From contig NC_087437.1 of the NCBI RefSeq assembly GCF_036321535.1, forward strand, positions 62,126,001 through 62,190,000: DNA of 64,000 bases. Reading direction: 5' to 3'. Every line of letters starts with the position of its first letter. Position 1 is the first letter of the stretch. The position numbers were made by a program, and so were the translations under genes. The notes beneath the pieces were generated by a model, which saw nothing but the letters and a program-made list of their open reading frames with translations, made no database searches and was not told where the DNA came from. The stretch comes from Camelus dromedarius (lineage: Eukaryota). This document shows, one piece after another, positions 13,215 through 26,898 of the stretch.

Positions 13215-13355
13215 ATTAGACAGTGTCAAGGCCTTTGGTGTTCATTATCTAGCATCTTTGAAATCCATCCCTTTTTCTCTGTCTCCCTTGCACTGTCTTG
13301 TCCAAGGTGTCATTTCTTGATTGGATTATTCATATCTTCCTAACTGCTTTCTACT
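13215..13355 (+). mobile_element. L2 remnant, left part (split by the L1 insertion)
   Basis: L2-like 'gaaatccatccctttttctctgtctcc...ttggattatt...cttcctaactg', which continues at 16494. Confidence 0.55.
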
Positions 13356-13371
13356 AAAGTGATCAGTTTTT

Positions 13372-16300
13372 TTTTTAATTGAGTTATAGTCAGTTTACAG
13401 TGTTGTGTCAATTTCCAGTGTAGAGGACAATTTTTCAGTTATACATGAACTTACATATATTCATTGTCGCATTCTTTTTCACTGTGAGCTACCACAAGAT
13501 CTTGTATGTATTTCCCTGGGCTATACATGCCTGTCAGTATTTACAAATTTTGAACTCCCAGTCTGTCCCTTCCCACCCCCCGCCCCCTTGGCAACCACAA
13601 GTTTGTATTCTATGTCTGTGAGTCTGTTTCTGTTTTGTATTTATGTTCTTTTGTCTTTTTCTTTCTTTTTTTTTTTTTTTTAGATTCCACACATGAGCAA
13701 TCTCATGGTATTTTTCTTTCTCTTTCTGGCTTACTTCACTTAGAATGACATTCTCCAGGGACATCCATGTGGCTGCAAATGGCATTCTGTTGTCATTTTT
13801 ATGGCTGAATAGTATTCCATTGTATAAATATACCACTTCTTCTTTATCCAGTCATCTATCAATGGACATATAGGCTGTTTCCATGCCTTTGCTATTGTAA
13901 ATAGTGCTTCTATGAACATTAAGGTGCAGGTGTCTTTTTCAAGTAGGGTTCCTTCTGGATATATGCCCAGGAGCGAGATTCCTGGGTCATAAGACACGTC
14001 TATTCATAGTTTTTTGAAGAGTCTGTATACTGTTTTCCACAGTGACTGCACCAAACTGCATTCCCACCAGCAGTGTAGGAGGGTTCCCTTTTCTCCACAG
14101 TCTCCCTAGCATTTGTCATTTGTGGACTTTTGAATGATGGCCATTCTGACTGGTGTGAGGTGATACCTCACTGTAGTTTTGATTTGCATTTCTCTGATAA
14201 TTAGTGATATTGAGCATTTTTTCATGTGCCTATTGATCATTTGTATTTATTCCTTGGAGAATTGCTTGTTTAGTTCTTTTGCCCATTTTTGGATTGGGTT
14301 GTTTGTTTTTTTCTTATTAAGTTCTATGAGCTGCTTATATATTCTGGAGATCAAGCCTTTTTCAGTTTCATCTTCTGCAAAAATTTTCTCCCATTCTGTA
14401 GGTTGTCATTTTATTTTGCTTATGGTTTCCTTTGCTGTGCAGAAGCTTGTAAGTTTAATTAGGTCACATTTGTTTATTCTTGCTTTTATTCCTATTGCTT
14501 GGATAGACTGCCCTAGGAGAACATTTTTGAAATGTATGTGAGATAATGTTTTGCCTATGTTTTCTTCTAGGAGGTTTATTGCATCTTGTCTTATGTTTAA
14601 GTCTTTGATCCATTTTGAGTTTATTTTTGTGTATGGTGTAAGGGAGTGTTCTAGCTTCACTGATTTCATGCTGCTGTCCAGTTTTCCCAACACCATTTGC
14701 TGAGGAGACTGTCTTTATTCCATTGTGTGCTTTTGCCTCTTTTGTCAAAGATTAGTTGACCAAAAGTTTGTGGGTTCATTTCTGGGCTCTCTGTTCTGTT
14801 CCATTGGTCCCTTTGTCTGTTTTTGTACCAATACCATGCTGTCTTGATGACTGTATCTCTGTAGTATTGTCTGAAGTCTGGGAGGGTTATTCCTCTAGCC
14901 TCTTTCTTTTTCTTCAGTAATGCTTTGGCAATTCTGGGTATTTTGTGATCCCATATAAATTTTATTATGATTTGTTCTAGTTCTATGAAATAGGTCCTGG
15001 GTAATTTGATAGGGATTGTGTTAAATATGTAGAGTGCCTCGGGCAGTATGACCATTTTAACAATATTGATTCTTCCAATCCAGGAGCATGGGGTATCTTT
15101 CCATTTTTTTAAGTCTTCTTTATTTCCTTCGTCAGTGGTTTATAATTCTCTGTGTATAAGTCTTTCACCTCCTTGGTTAGATTTATTCCTAGGTATTTTA
15201 TTATTTTGGGTGTTATTTTAAAGGGGATTGTTTCTTTACTTTCTTTTCCTGTTGATTCATTGTTAATGTAAAGAAATGCAACTTTTTTTTTGTATGTTAA
15301 TCTTGTAACCTGCTACCTTGCTGAATTCTTCGATTATTTCTAGTAGTTTTTGTGTGGACCTTTTAGGGTTTTCTATATATAGTATCATGTCATCTGCATA
15401 TAGTGACAATTTTACCTCTTCGTTTCCAATTTGGATCCCTTTTCTTTCTCTCTCTTGCTTGATTGCTGTGGCTAGGACTTCCAAGACTATTTTGAATAGG
15501 AGTGGTGATAGTGGGCATCCTTGTCTTGTCCCAGATTTTAGTGGGAAGCTTTTGAGTTTTTCACCGTTGAGTGCTATGCTAGCTGTAGGTTTGTCATATG
15601 TAGCTTTTATTATGTTGAGATATGTTCCCTCTATACCCACTTTGGTGAGAATTTTTATCATAAATGGGTGTTGAATTTTATCAAATGCTTTTTCTGCATC
15701 TATTGAGATGATCATGTGGTTTTTGTCCTTTCTCTTGTGGATGTGATGTATTACATTGATTGATTTCTGTATGTTGAACCACCCTTGTGTCCCTGGGATG
15801 AACCCCACTTGATCATGATGAACTATCTTTTTATGTGCTGTTGGATTCTATTTGCTAATATTTTGGTAAGGATTTTTGCATCTATGTTCATCAGTGATAT
15901 TGGTCTGTAATTCTCTTTTTTGGTAGTGTCTTTGCCTGGTTTTGGTCTCAGGGTGATGGTGGCTTCATAGAATGAGTTTGGGAGTATTCCCTCCTTTTCA
16001 ATCTTCCGGAAGAGTTTGAAAAGGACTGGTGTGAGTTCTTCTTTGTATGTTTGGTAGAATTCCCTGGTGAAGCCGTCTGGTCCTGGACTTTTATTTGTAG
16101 GGAGGTTTTTTTTTTTATTGCTAATTCGATTTCATTTCTAGTGATCGATTTGTTCAAGTGGTCAGTTTCTTCTTGATTCAGTCTTGGTGGACTGTATGTT
16201 TCCAGAAACTTGTCCATCTCCTCTTGGTTATCCATTTTGCTTCCATATGGTTTTTCATAATATTCTCATATGAGATTCTATATTTCTATGTTATTTGTTG

Positions 16301-16493
16301 TAATTTCTCCATTTTCCTTTCTTATTTTGTTTATTTGTGCTCTCTCTTTTCTTCTTTGTGAGTTTGGCCAGTGGTTTGTCGATTTTATTTACTCTTTCAA
16401 AAAACGAGCTTTTGATTTGATTTATTTTTTATTTTTTAAATCTCTATTGTATTTATTTCCTCCCTGATTTTTATTATTTCCTTCCTTCTGCTA
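13372..16493 (-). mobile_element. 5'-truncated LINE-1 (~3.1 kb) with disrupted ORF2
   Basis: Minus-strand ORF fragments encode L1 ORF2, including the RT motifs '[13 protein letters not shown]' and 'LYADDMILY' (15263-15808) and the C-terminal 'WYIYTMEYYSAIK'. Poly-T at 13367-13376. 16-bp TSD at 13356-13371 and 16494-16509 (2 mismatches). Confidence 0.97.
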
Positions 16494-16815
16494 AGAGTGA
16501 TCTGTTTTTAAAGCGTAAATCTGTGCATTGACTCCTTTGCTTAAAGCTTTTCAATGGTTTCTCACTGCCTTCAGAAGTCAGTTCAAACTTACCTTGGCAG
16601 CCACAGCCTCCATGATCTGACTAGCTTTCCCCGCTCCCACATCTCTGTCACTGCGTTTACTGTGTGGCCTTGAAGTGAGCTGTTTCTTTCCTGTCTTCCT
16701 TAGGCCTGTGAACCTCTCAAGTTCAGGGGCATGTCTTATCATTTCTGTGTTCTCAATACCTGCCATTAGTGCTCAGCATATGGAAGATGCTCAGTCAGTG
16801 CTTGTTCTGCTAAAC
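16494..16815 (+). mobile_element. L2 remnant, right part
   Basis: 'agagtgatctgtttttaaagcgtaaatctg...ctttgcttaaagcttttcaatggtttctcactgcc' matches the recalled L2 consensus, with an L2-like 3' tail. Confidence 0.65.
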
Positions 16816-17524
16816 TGAACTCACCTGGCTAGGGACTGAGGGAGCTGCTATGTGCATTAGGTCTTTACCATCAGTGGTAAAGTCGGGAAGCACATCCCAG
16901 GCTGAGAGGGTAAGAAAATGATAATAACTAACAACTGGTGGGCATTTCTTATGTGCTGAACATTTAACATGCATTGTCCTAATCTTCATAACATTCTGAA
17001 GTAGATTTGATTATTTTGGTTGACAGGTGAAAGACGGAGGCACTTTGAACCAAGACATAGTTGTTGCCTTTAATCCTTTCTGCTCTGTGCCTCTGGCCTG
17101 AGCAAAGCCTGTGTGGGACCAGGTTGCAGCCTGGATGGCTGACATGACTGAAGTGGCTGGTCCTCCAGAAGTTTCCCATAAACCTTTTTCTCCCTTCACT
17201 CCAGTTTTGGGAGTCAGGACTTCTGCTAAGAGCTTTGGAGCCTGAAGAACACTGTCCAAGAAGGCAGTGCCCAGCGGGAAGACAGGCTGGGTGTTACCCT
17301 AAACCCTTCAGTTCAGATCTGTTCTTCTCTTGGCTACTGTGATTGGAAAGTGGTTCTCAGGAGATCTGGCAGGAGGAGGGATGCTTGTGAGTTAGGTGGA
17401 ATGGTGAATGAATGGATGCTTGGTTTGGCTTTACTGTTTCAGGACCCAGTGGGGTAGCTGTGTGTGTGTTGGTCAGTAATAAGGGGGCCAGCTGAGAAGA
17501 GGCTGTAGATCTGAGGGTTAATGG

Positions 17525-17730
17525 TGCTGCCAGGGTTCAAGTAGTGGCTCTGTCCCTTTGTGACTTGGGGCAAGTTACTTAACCTGGCTAAGCCTTTGTA
17601 TCCTCACCTGTAAAGGGGATACAGTAATAGAACCCACCCTAGAGAATTATGAAGGTTGACAGAGATGATTCATGTAAACATTCAGTACAGTGCTTGGTTC
17701 ATAGTAAGCATTCTGTACATGTTGGCTAAT
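17525..17730 (+). mobile_element. MIR SINE
   Basis: 'tgtgacttggggcaagttacttaacc...cctcacctgtaaaggggatacagtaatagaacccaccct'. Confidence 0.8.
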
Positions 17731-17977
17731 AATAAAGCTAAGGTGCAGAGTATGTATTTGGTCCATGAGGTAGGGATATGAATGATCAGAGGGTTCAGTT
17801 GGCAAATAGATGCTTGACTCAGCACAGCAAAGGCAGTTAGATGACCTAAGGCAGGTGTCCCAAATCCAGAATGATTCCATTGGTCAAATCCAGAGTGTGG
17901 ACATTCTGTGGGGTGGGCAGTTCACTGAGGAAGATGGGGTGCTTTCTAGGCCTAGATGGGTCTGGAGTGGTTTGGGA

Positions 17978-18030
17978 GTGTGTGTGTGTGTGTGCGTGTG
18001 CGTGTGCATGTGCATGTGCTTGTGCATGTA
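17978..18030. repeat. Imperfect (TG)n/(TGCA) microsatellite
   Basis: 'gtgtgtgtgtgtgtgtgcgtgtgcgtgtgcatgtgcatgtgc'. Confidence 0.9.
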
Positions 18031-18139
18031 TTTGAGGACCTACTGAACTTGTGGAGGTGTGAGTCTTGTTTGATGAGCCTCTGTTCCCAGGCGCGTCATT
18101 GATGTGAGGTGTAGTTTGGTGGTGGACTTGACCCTGGGA

Positions 18140-18330
18140 ATCTGGGTTCCAAATTCTGACTGTGCCACTAGATGGGCTGAGCCCTTGGGCAAGTTACTCA
18201 AGGGCTTGTGGTCTGTTTCCACAACTGCTAGATGGAGTGAATGTACCTGATTTTCAGGGTTCTTATGCCATATGCAGAAGGATCTGGCCCAGTGCCTGTC
18301 ACATGGTGAGCACTAAATACAGGGCGTGTT
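18140..18330 (+). mobile_element. MIR SINE
   Basis: 'ctgggttccaaattctgactgtgccactag...ccttgggcaagttactcaa...cccagtgcctgtcacatggtgagcactaaata'. Confidence 0.7.
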
Positions 18331-19864
18331 TGGTGATTGGATGAAGCGCATTTCACAGTGAAACCCGGTCGAGGAGGCTATTTGTGAAACATGGAGCTGG
18401 AAAGCTAAGGAGCAGCTGGTGCCAGAGGGAGGCTAACAGCCTTCGAGTCCATGCTTGTGTCCACCAATCACAGGATAGAGAGGACTCTAACAGACACAGT
18501 GTGTCAGGAAGAGGAAGTGGCGGGAGAAAACGAGTCTCGGAGACAGGGAGAGATGGCAAGTGTGTGAGGGCTGAAGTCCAGCGGGGTCCAGCGCTCTCAG
18601 CAAGGGGCATATGCAGCTCAGCTTACCTGCTGTTTACCAAGTGCTCTTCTTGTCGGGATCTCCAGCTAGTGCTGGAGATACCAAAACAGAAATCTCTTAA
18701 TTTCTGTGGAATAAGGGATAGCTGCAACTAATCTGATGAGCAGCCCTCCTTCTCCAAGAGTTGGATGCTCTCCAGAGAAACTTAAAGGGAAGCTGTGTCA
18801 TGCCCTGGCCTGAGAACGGGTCACCAACAGCCACAGGTTAGCTTGTGCGAGGAACTTATATTCCTTCTTCTTCATCCAGCTGGAGGCTTGAGCTCCAGCA
18901 GGAGTGGGTCTGTGAGGACTCTTTCCTAGGAAGTCTGGGGGCTAAAGTCTGGCTGGTCTGAGCTAATCACTGAGAAAAAACCCCGCTGCAGAGCCAGGGA
19001 AGAGGTGCCCACCGGAGCCGCAGCATCCGGCCCACATGTGAGCCCCGGTGCGAGCCGCCTCTGATCCTGCACCACGACCCAGCACTGCCAGACTTCCTGC
19101 CCTCTTTCCCTTCTCTGTCCTCTCCTTTGCTCTCTCCCTGTCTCCTCCTCCATTCAGTATCTTACCTAGGTTCGCTTGGCATGGTAAGGGTAAGAAAGAG
19201 AGTCTGGTCGAGTTGTGGGGCACTGGTGAGCATGTGGTAGCACCAGCAAGAGAGACAGAAGGAAGCAAACGTGTTAAGAGACAGAGGGATCCTTAAAGAT
19301 CTGGCCCTGTCCTCATGCTTAGCTTGTCAAAATAAACAAGCCCAGAGAGTTAGAATGACTTGCCCAAAGACAGATGCAAATGGTGTTTCCCAGCCAGGCA
19401 GGAACGAACCCATGAGCCCATGACCCCATAATATAGCTCTAGGTTGATTTAATGCATCCAATCTTTTGGTTATAATATAATTTTCAGCACTGGGGCCAGG
19501 CTTCATTGTGAAAGCTTTGCTCTTATTTTCTGTGTCCTCATTAGCCAGTGTACAATTACGAGCCAACTTGTTTTTTTGCTATGCATTTTTTTTCAGGCCT
19601 GTTTTAGCATCTTTTAAAAGGCAATATGTACAGTGAGCCTTGGCAGCCCCACGCTAGATAACAGCATATTGCTTTGTTAGAATATAGAGAAATGAATGCA
19701 CCTGAGGAGAAAAGGAAAGAGAACCTAGGACAAGACCATCTTGTTAGCCCCTCTTAAGGATAAGGAAACTGGGGTCCAGAGGGGTGGGGTGGAAGAGACG
19801 GGCTCACATCTGGAGTTCCTGGAGCCATGTCTCCTATTTCCCTCCCAGTTTCTGTAGAGCAGAA

Positions 19865-20005
19865 AGCTTGTACAACTCTTAGGGCTTCTCTTTGGTAAAA
19901 AGGGTACAAATTACAAATACAAAATTAGTTGTAATCTTTGGGAGGGGCTCAATGCAAGTGAAAGGTGTTCAGGCTTAAGAATTAGCTTCACTGTGAAACA
20001 CCAGT
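19865..20005. mobile_element. hAT-type MITE remnant (MER53-like)
   Basis: 'ggggctcaatgcaagtgaaaggtgttcaggcttaagaattagcttcactgtgaaacacc' resembles the recalled MER53 terminus. Confidence 0.4.
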
Positions 20006-20524
20006 GGTACCTGGATAGAACCACCTTCTGGAGGTGTCAGAAAAAAAGAGATTACGGTCCTGGAACCTGGGAGCCTTAGGGTACATTTCATCCATGGCCA
20101 GGTGTAGAAAAAATGCAGCTCTTGCCATTGTTTAATAGTTTGGGGTTTGCAAGGAGAATCCTAGGTGGCTATGCTGATGACTCTGAAGTACTATTCTTGT
20201 AATTTGAGTAAGGAGCCACTCTGGTCTGGCCTGATGGAACAATCTGGCTTCCCATAGGGGTGGATAACTGAGTTTCAGTTTGTTTTTTCATTCATTTTGT
20301 ACTTTCTCTGACCAAAATATATCTCTTCAGGATAATAGTTTAAACACCAGATAGATCTATAATCATAGAACAATATCAAATAATTGTAGGAAAATTTAAA
20401 GAAATACGCATACCTGAGTATAATTCAGTATTTTTTTTGCTCTTTAATTGTGATCAAGTATAATGTAATCTGATTAAAAAATTTTTTTTTCTTTCCTTCT
20501 GAGTTAAGTACTGTAATCAAAAGA

Positions 20525-20600
20525 CTGTGTTACATCAGAAATTGGCACAACATTGTAAACTGACTATACTGCAATAAAAAATACATATATACAGAAAAAA
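20525..20600 (+). mobile_element. Very short L1 3' tip
   Basis: 'catcagaaattggcacaacattgtaaactgactatactgcaataaaaa' resembles the reverse complement of the L1 terminus at 13377-13425. Confidence 0.7.
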
Positions 20601-22089
20601 ACAAGGCTGGCGGTGGAGGTAGTGAGGGTGGTGTGCTTCAGAACAGCTTGGCATGAGCGGTCTTCAGAGTCAGTACCAGTTCTGGCTTGGGTACCTATCT
20701 AGTAGGACATTGTTGTCATTACTCTGCCTCAGGAGGAAAGTACCTTTCATTTGTTTTTGTTTTGGTGTGTGAGTGTTTTTTTCTTTACATGAACGGTTAT
20801 AAAGAAAGAGAAAATATCGTGGAGTTAAAAACCACTGATCTGTGTAAAAAATTCTGTGACATTCTTTTTCCAATCTGCAGATAGCTTGTAAGTCACACCC
20901 ACAGTCCCTGTCAGCAGTTACAGGACTCAGGTGCTTACTGATGAACTTGAGCCATGGTGGCCTTGCAGCCCTCACTTCACCAAAACTAGGTATGTCTGAT
21001 CCAGGTGATAAATTTGCTCTATTGCAAATCCCAGTGTTTGCAAAACTTAAAAAAGAAAGCTGTAACTCATTTTTAGTAACTTTCCTTTTTTATATTAGGC
21101 AATTATCAGCAAAGAACAACACATAGCAAAAGCAAATTCTAATTAAAAAAACACACAAATTTTATGGACATTAATTTTACCAAAGGTTTCTTCACTATAT
21201 TTAAGTAGACTGTATATCCAATACATTTTAAAACATGTGATTCAAATCACAGGCATTGTTTGGTGAATTCATCCACTGCATAAAATGAAGTTGAGTTATA
21301 AATTAAGGACTAACTCGAAGTCAGCATTTTATTTTTCAAATATTTCTAATTATGTAATAAATTTTTCTTTAAACAAAAAAATAAGTTAGTATTTTTATCA
21401 GAGAATTACTACATGCATGCAGTGAAAAAAATTTTTTTAAACAGTAGAAAACGATATAAAATTAAAAGCCTTCTTCCTCTCTTCCTTTGCTGCCATTCCC
21501 CAGCGACAGTTGCTAATGGTTTCTGGTTTTCATTTTCCCAAGTGATTATCAGTGTAACTTTAAATAATTTATTTATACCTCTATTTCTTGACTAAGTTCT
21601 CAATTTATTATCAGTTTACTTATTGCTTCCTGATGTGAAGAAAGAGGGCATTGGCGCATTTACTGTTTCTTCCATTTCTCATTTCATTTCTAATTTCTTG
21701 TTAGTTGGGTTATTTTTCCATTGTCAAGGTTTATAAAATTTATTTTTCTGTAATTGTAATGAACATTTCCGTATTTATTATAGTTGGTTAATAAAAATTT
21801 TGAATCTATAAATAGCATTTATAGGAGTAAGATGCATATATGTGTGTTTAACTGAGGCTCATTGAGAAGAAAATACAATTATAAGTTATTAAAACTTTGT
21901 GGCTTCAAGTTTCCTTTAATTCTTTCGGTTCATACACAGCTACTGTTGTTTCTTATATTCCATGTCACTTTTTTGGGGGGGGGGTACGATTCTCTTATCT
22001 TTTGAGTCGCAAGAATTTTTTTCATATATGGATTACTCTTCCCTTGTCTAACTATAGAAGGAGGGGAGGCCAGATTGTTTTCATATACT

Positions 22090-22440
22090 TCAGAAACAAC
22101 ATTTTACAACAGATTGGATGCAGAAGTAGATATGAGAATCCAGCTGTCTTCTATCAGGCCAGACATTAAAATGATTTGCAAATTGTATAACAAGGCTCTC
22201 TTTTCACTAAACGTTTTTGTTTGGGAAAGTAGTTATTTTTCATGCACACATGTTACTTATTTTAACAGATAATGGGCTTATTATTATGTTTGATTAATAA
22301 ATATTTTTAAATATTTCCCTTTAAATTTCTAGTATGGCAAGTATTGATAGTTACAACACACATAAACAAGTTCTTTGGGGTCCTCAATAATTTTTAAGGA
22401 TGTAAATGGGTCTGGAGTTCAAAAAGTTTGAGAATGGCTG
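22090..22440 (+). mobile_element. hAT-Charlie (Charlie1a-like) DNA transposon 3' end
   Basis: 'gcagaagtagatatgagaatccagctgtcttctatcaggccagacattaaa...ctttggggtcctcaataatttttaag...aaaaagtttgagaatggctg'. Confidence 0.8.
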
Positions 22441-23124
22441 CTCTAGGGATTAAATATACATTAAAAATTTTCACAGTTGATTTAGAGTTAATACTGTACC
22501 ACTTTAATGTAAAATGTAGGAACCTGGCAATCATATAGGGCCATTTACTGGCTCTGCCCTCCAGTCTTTTATGCTATAAATGCCATGTGTCTTACTTCCA
22601 TCTCCATAAAGCCTCCAGGATAAGGTTATGCCCAGTGAGTGCCCTGGCCCATGTCTGCTCCTAGCATTGGCTCACTCTGAACTTGGAACTTCTCAGGAGT
22701 CTTAGAAGACTTCTCTGCTCTTGGCTGCCCTGGGCTGCTCTGTCACTTGTTTTTTTTTTTTTTTTGCCCCTTCAAGTCCATCTGCAGGAATGTCTCCAAA
22801 TGTCTGATCTTCTGGTAGCACTTGTTTTTTTCCTTTTCTAGTTAAAGTTATAGTTTCATACTTAAAAAATTACATCTTGCCTGTCCTTTTCATGGCCATT
22901 TGGAAGATAGGAAAGTGAATATTCTGTCTGCTACCTTAAAACAGGTGTCTAATGTCACTTTCTAAAGCACATTTTATTCATTCACTCATTCGTTCAACCA
23001 ACACATTTAGTAAGTACCTGTTCCATATTGGGCACTAGGGGTACAAGAGTGAGTGAGCTATTTTAAAAATATGTCTGGGCTATTTTTTTAATTGCTTTTA
23101 TTGCAGTCATTATGTATTTATTTT

Positions 23125-24955
23125 TAAACTTTTGAAATTTTGATAGCATTTCACACTTAGAGAAAGTTGCAGTAGTACAAAGAACCCTCATATATTTGAC
23201 TCAGATTTACCAGCTAACATTTTCTCCTTCTGCTTCATTATCTGTGCATGTGCTCTCTCCCTTTCTATTCCATAGATTTAATACGTATTATATTCTGTAT
23301 ACAGTTTCCCAAACCATTTGAAAGTAATTTGTAGACATCACGTCCCCTTACCCATAAATACTTCAGTGTCTGCTTCCTAAGAACAGGACTTTTATCTAGC
23401 CACAGCATATTTATCAAGAGCGACACATGGAACATTGATGAATCCTATTATCTCATCCAGGTTCACATTCCACATTTGCCAGTTATCCCGCTACTATCCT
23501 ATAGCTTTCTCCCGCAGCCCAGGGTCCAGTCCAGCATCAATACAGTGCATTTAGTTGTCACGCCTCTTTAGTCTCATTTAATCTGGAACAGTTCCTTAGC
23601 CTTTCTTTGTCTTTCGTGACCTTGACATTTTTCGCAGAACACGGGCCAGTTATTTTGTAGAATGTCGCTCAGTTTGGAACATGATGCCTCATGATTAGAT
23701 TTGGGTTTTGCATTTTTGGCAGGAGCCCATAGGATGATAATTGTGTTTTTTCCCAGGCATTGTATCAGGAAGTACAGTTTTTTCACTCGTCCCATTATTA
23801 GTAATGTTAACTTTGGTTACTTACTTAAGGTGGTGCCCACTAGAGTAGTCCACTCTAAAGTTACTAATTTTCCCTTTGTAATTAATAAATAATTTGAGGG
23901 GGGTATTTTGAGACTAGGGAAATACCCTGTTCCTCATCTTTTACCCACTAGCTTTAGCATCCATTGATGACTCTTGGCAGAATCAGTTATTGCTGTGATG
24001 ACTGCAAAACGGTGATCTTCTAACACCATTATTTCTTCTACGTACATTAGTTGGTCTTCTACTCTGAAGAAGGATTTCCCCTCTTTCCGCTTATTTTAAT
24101 TTATTCGTTTACTTATATCTGTATGGGCTCAGATTCTTATTTTTTCCGTGAGTATTCTAATGCTATTATTATTGATTTTGATGCTCAAACTGTTCTAGAG
24201 TGGGCCTCTTCAAGCTGGCTCCTATGTCCTTATGACACACCCTCATCATTTGTAGGGGCACAGACTTACTTTTTGGCACATTCTAGGCTTATCTTGTACT
24301 TTCTCTGTCCCAGCCCTGAATCAGCCATTTCTCCAAAGAGCTCTGGCTCCTTAGAGTGAGAAATGGTATTTAGAGACCAAGATTTGGGTGCTAGGTATGT
24401 TCATTACTACCGGGGTGTCTTGGCTTATAGACCCTGTAAGTGGACAGAGAGAAGGAATATGTATATTTATATTTATCTAGCTCTATAACTTTATATATTA
24501 AATTCAAACTAATACCTCTAATTCAAATTTATCACTCCAGGGTTAGAAGAAAGAATTCTGTTCTTTCTTTTTTCCTTAGTTGTAACTCCCTTTTCCAACA
24601 GTGAGAAGCTTGACTCCCAATCAATATATTTATTTACTCAGTCCTACAGTTCACGGAAAGTAGATTCAGAAGTGGTAACTCCTACACCTGCAAAGCAAAC
24701 TTTCTATCTAGAATATTTATTAGTTTGTAGTTTTTTATCTTTAGACTGAGAGCAATAGTCAAAGTACTATGTTCAAAAGTTACTCAGCGCAGCTTTTTTT
24801 CCACCTTCAGTGTGATTATGTTATTCATTAGAAATACAATTAGGTTAATTTGTTTCTCTTTGCATTTAATTTTTCTCTCTCATCTTGTTGACTGTATTTG
24901 ATTTTGTTTAATTTTGAGCATGTAAAACATTAATGTGATTCCAAAAGTGAAAACT
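23125..24955 (-). mobile_element. Old L1 (L1MC-like) 3' region
   Basis: 'ccatttgaaagtaatttgtagacatca...cccataaatacttcagtgt', 'ccagttattttgtagaatgtc' and 'aaatggtatttagagaccaagatttgggtgctagg'. Confidence 0.75.
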
Positions 24956-26898
24956 AGTCAGTACATAGAGTTCTTAAATGGGTATAATACTGTCTGATCC
25001 ACCGGAGCATCTGGAAGAATAAATCTTTTGCAGTTGATTTTTAGCTGGTTTGCCTGTTATTGGGGGAGGGCATTAGGGTCTGAGTTTCTCCTCCTGGCAT
25101 TAAACTGAGGTAGAATTTTTAGTGGCAGCCTCAGTCCTGCAGGAAAGTCTCTGTCCTTTTGCCAAGGAGGCTGGGAAGGGCAGGGGAAGCTCTTGTTTAG
25201 GTGGCCACAGGCTACGGGAATTTGTGATCTGTGAGATGTGCCAGGTGTCCAGAGTGTTTTATCTTTGGGCTGTGTGTTCTGAGGGCAGAAGTGGCTGCTC
25301 TGGGGGAATGAGTATCTGTGTGATTCTGGGAGGTAGAACTCAAACAGGGACTCCCAGCAACATCACATTTTCATAGTGTCTGAGGGTCTTGCCACTCCTA
25401 GGCCTGTGTGGTTGTCAGACCAGGTTGTGCCTTGGGAGATTCCCAGCCTTGGATCAGGATTAGGACACATGAGATGGAAAAGCCACCAATCAAGTGTGTG
25501 GGAACTGCTGTGACGTAGACACTGGCTCTCGAACTCATTCTGTGCAGAAGCGATCCACACAGCTATGAAGATCTCACATTTCTAGGAATGGCTAAATCAA
25601 TATTGACCAAGGGTGCTGCCCAGATTCGATTCCAGGGAAATCAGACTTTGCCCACTCCACACGGGTCCTCGCCTCTTCTGCTGTAGTGCGGTTTCCATGA
25701 CCAGCTTCAGCTGGGGTGGCCGAGCACTCATGGGGTGCCCACGCTCGGCCTCCTAGTACAATACAGAAGGGACAGCCGGCCGCCTCGAGGCTGGGACTGG
25801 GCAGGGGCTGGGAGGCAGCTCTCGGGACCGAGCTGTAGAGCAAGGACTCACCTGGAATGTAAGGACGAGTTAGCCAGGCAAATAGAAAATGCACAGTCAA
25901 TAAGACCTCTTTTCTTTCCTTTCCTCCCAATTTCCATGAAGAAATCCTCACCCACATTTAAAACTGCCCAATGTGCTCCATGCTTACAACAAGCTTTCAG
26001 GTTATCATCTCATCTAAACGGGGCATCCCCCCTGGAGGCAGGCCTGTAGCTGTCTGCGTCGGATGCAGGTGGCACTGGTGGCCCCCTGCTCAGCTCCAGC
26101 TTGTGGTGCCCGTTCAGAGCCAGAGGAGAGGATCGCAGCGCCCGCTCTGGCCCTGGGTCACAGCTGAGCAGCACCTGGGCTGTTCTCTGATGTGTGATTA
26201 ATTAGCTTTCGGAAAGCAAGCCGCTGGCGCATGTGCGCATTCTCCAGGCACAGCCAGTCTCCGTCTGGGAGGAAGGGGCAGGCCGCGTCTTGCTTTGACC
26301 CACTCCTGACCCGACTGAGCAGAAGTGGAGTTTCTCACCCAGTGTCTTTTCCTCCAGCTGCCAGAAGAGAGAAAAGGCATTGTCTCACATTTCAGATGTG
26401 TTCACTAAGGGCTGGCGGGTGGCCTGCGGGAGGTGCCTGTTTGAGACAAAAGGCAGAGCTTTTTGTTTTGAGCTCCCGTGGCAGGGCTGTTCACTGTCTT
26501 ACTCAGCTCAGCCTGCTGGACACAGGAAGCCAAGAGTTTCCCACTCTGGACTGTTTCAGGTGTGATCACCCTGCCTTTCTAGGAACCCTGCTCAAACGCG
26601 GAGAATGACTGCTGTCTCTGAACTAAAATACCCACAGGTGGCCATGGCGTGTCCAGTGTGGGGTGCAGCCCTGGGCTCTGAGGGACCTGAGCCTGGCTCC
26701 TTGTTCTGGGAGGTGGGGATTGAGCAGCACACAGGTGTCATTGCCTGGGGCCAGGCTCCAAGTCACTGTGCCCCAGAACCTGCCAAGTTGTTCCTGCCAA
26801 GCTGAGGTCCTCAGGAAAGAGAGGAACCTGCCCCTTGAGGATGTTTATGGTGCCCTGTCTGGGGGATTGACAGAGAGCAGAGCTGGGGAGTAGCCAGT

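Noticed and set aside
15263..15808. Reverse transcriptase ORF as an active or novel RT system
   Set aside because: An ordinary L1 ORF2 fragment in a 5'-truncated, frameshifted copy lacking ORF1, the endonuclease and the promoter.
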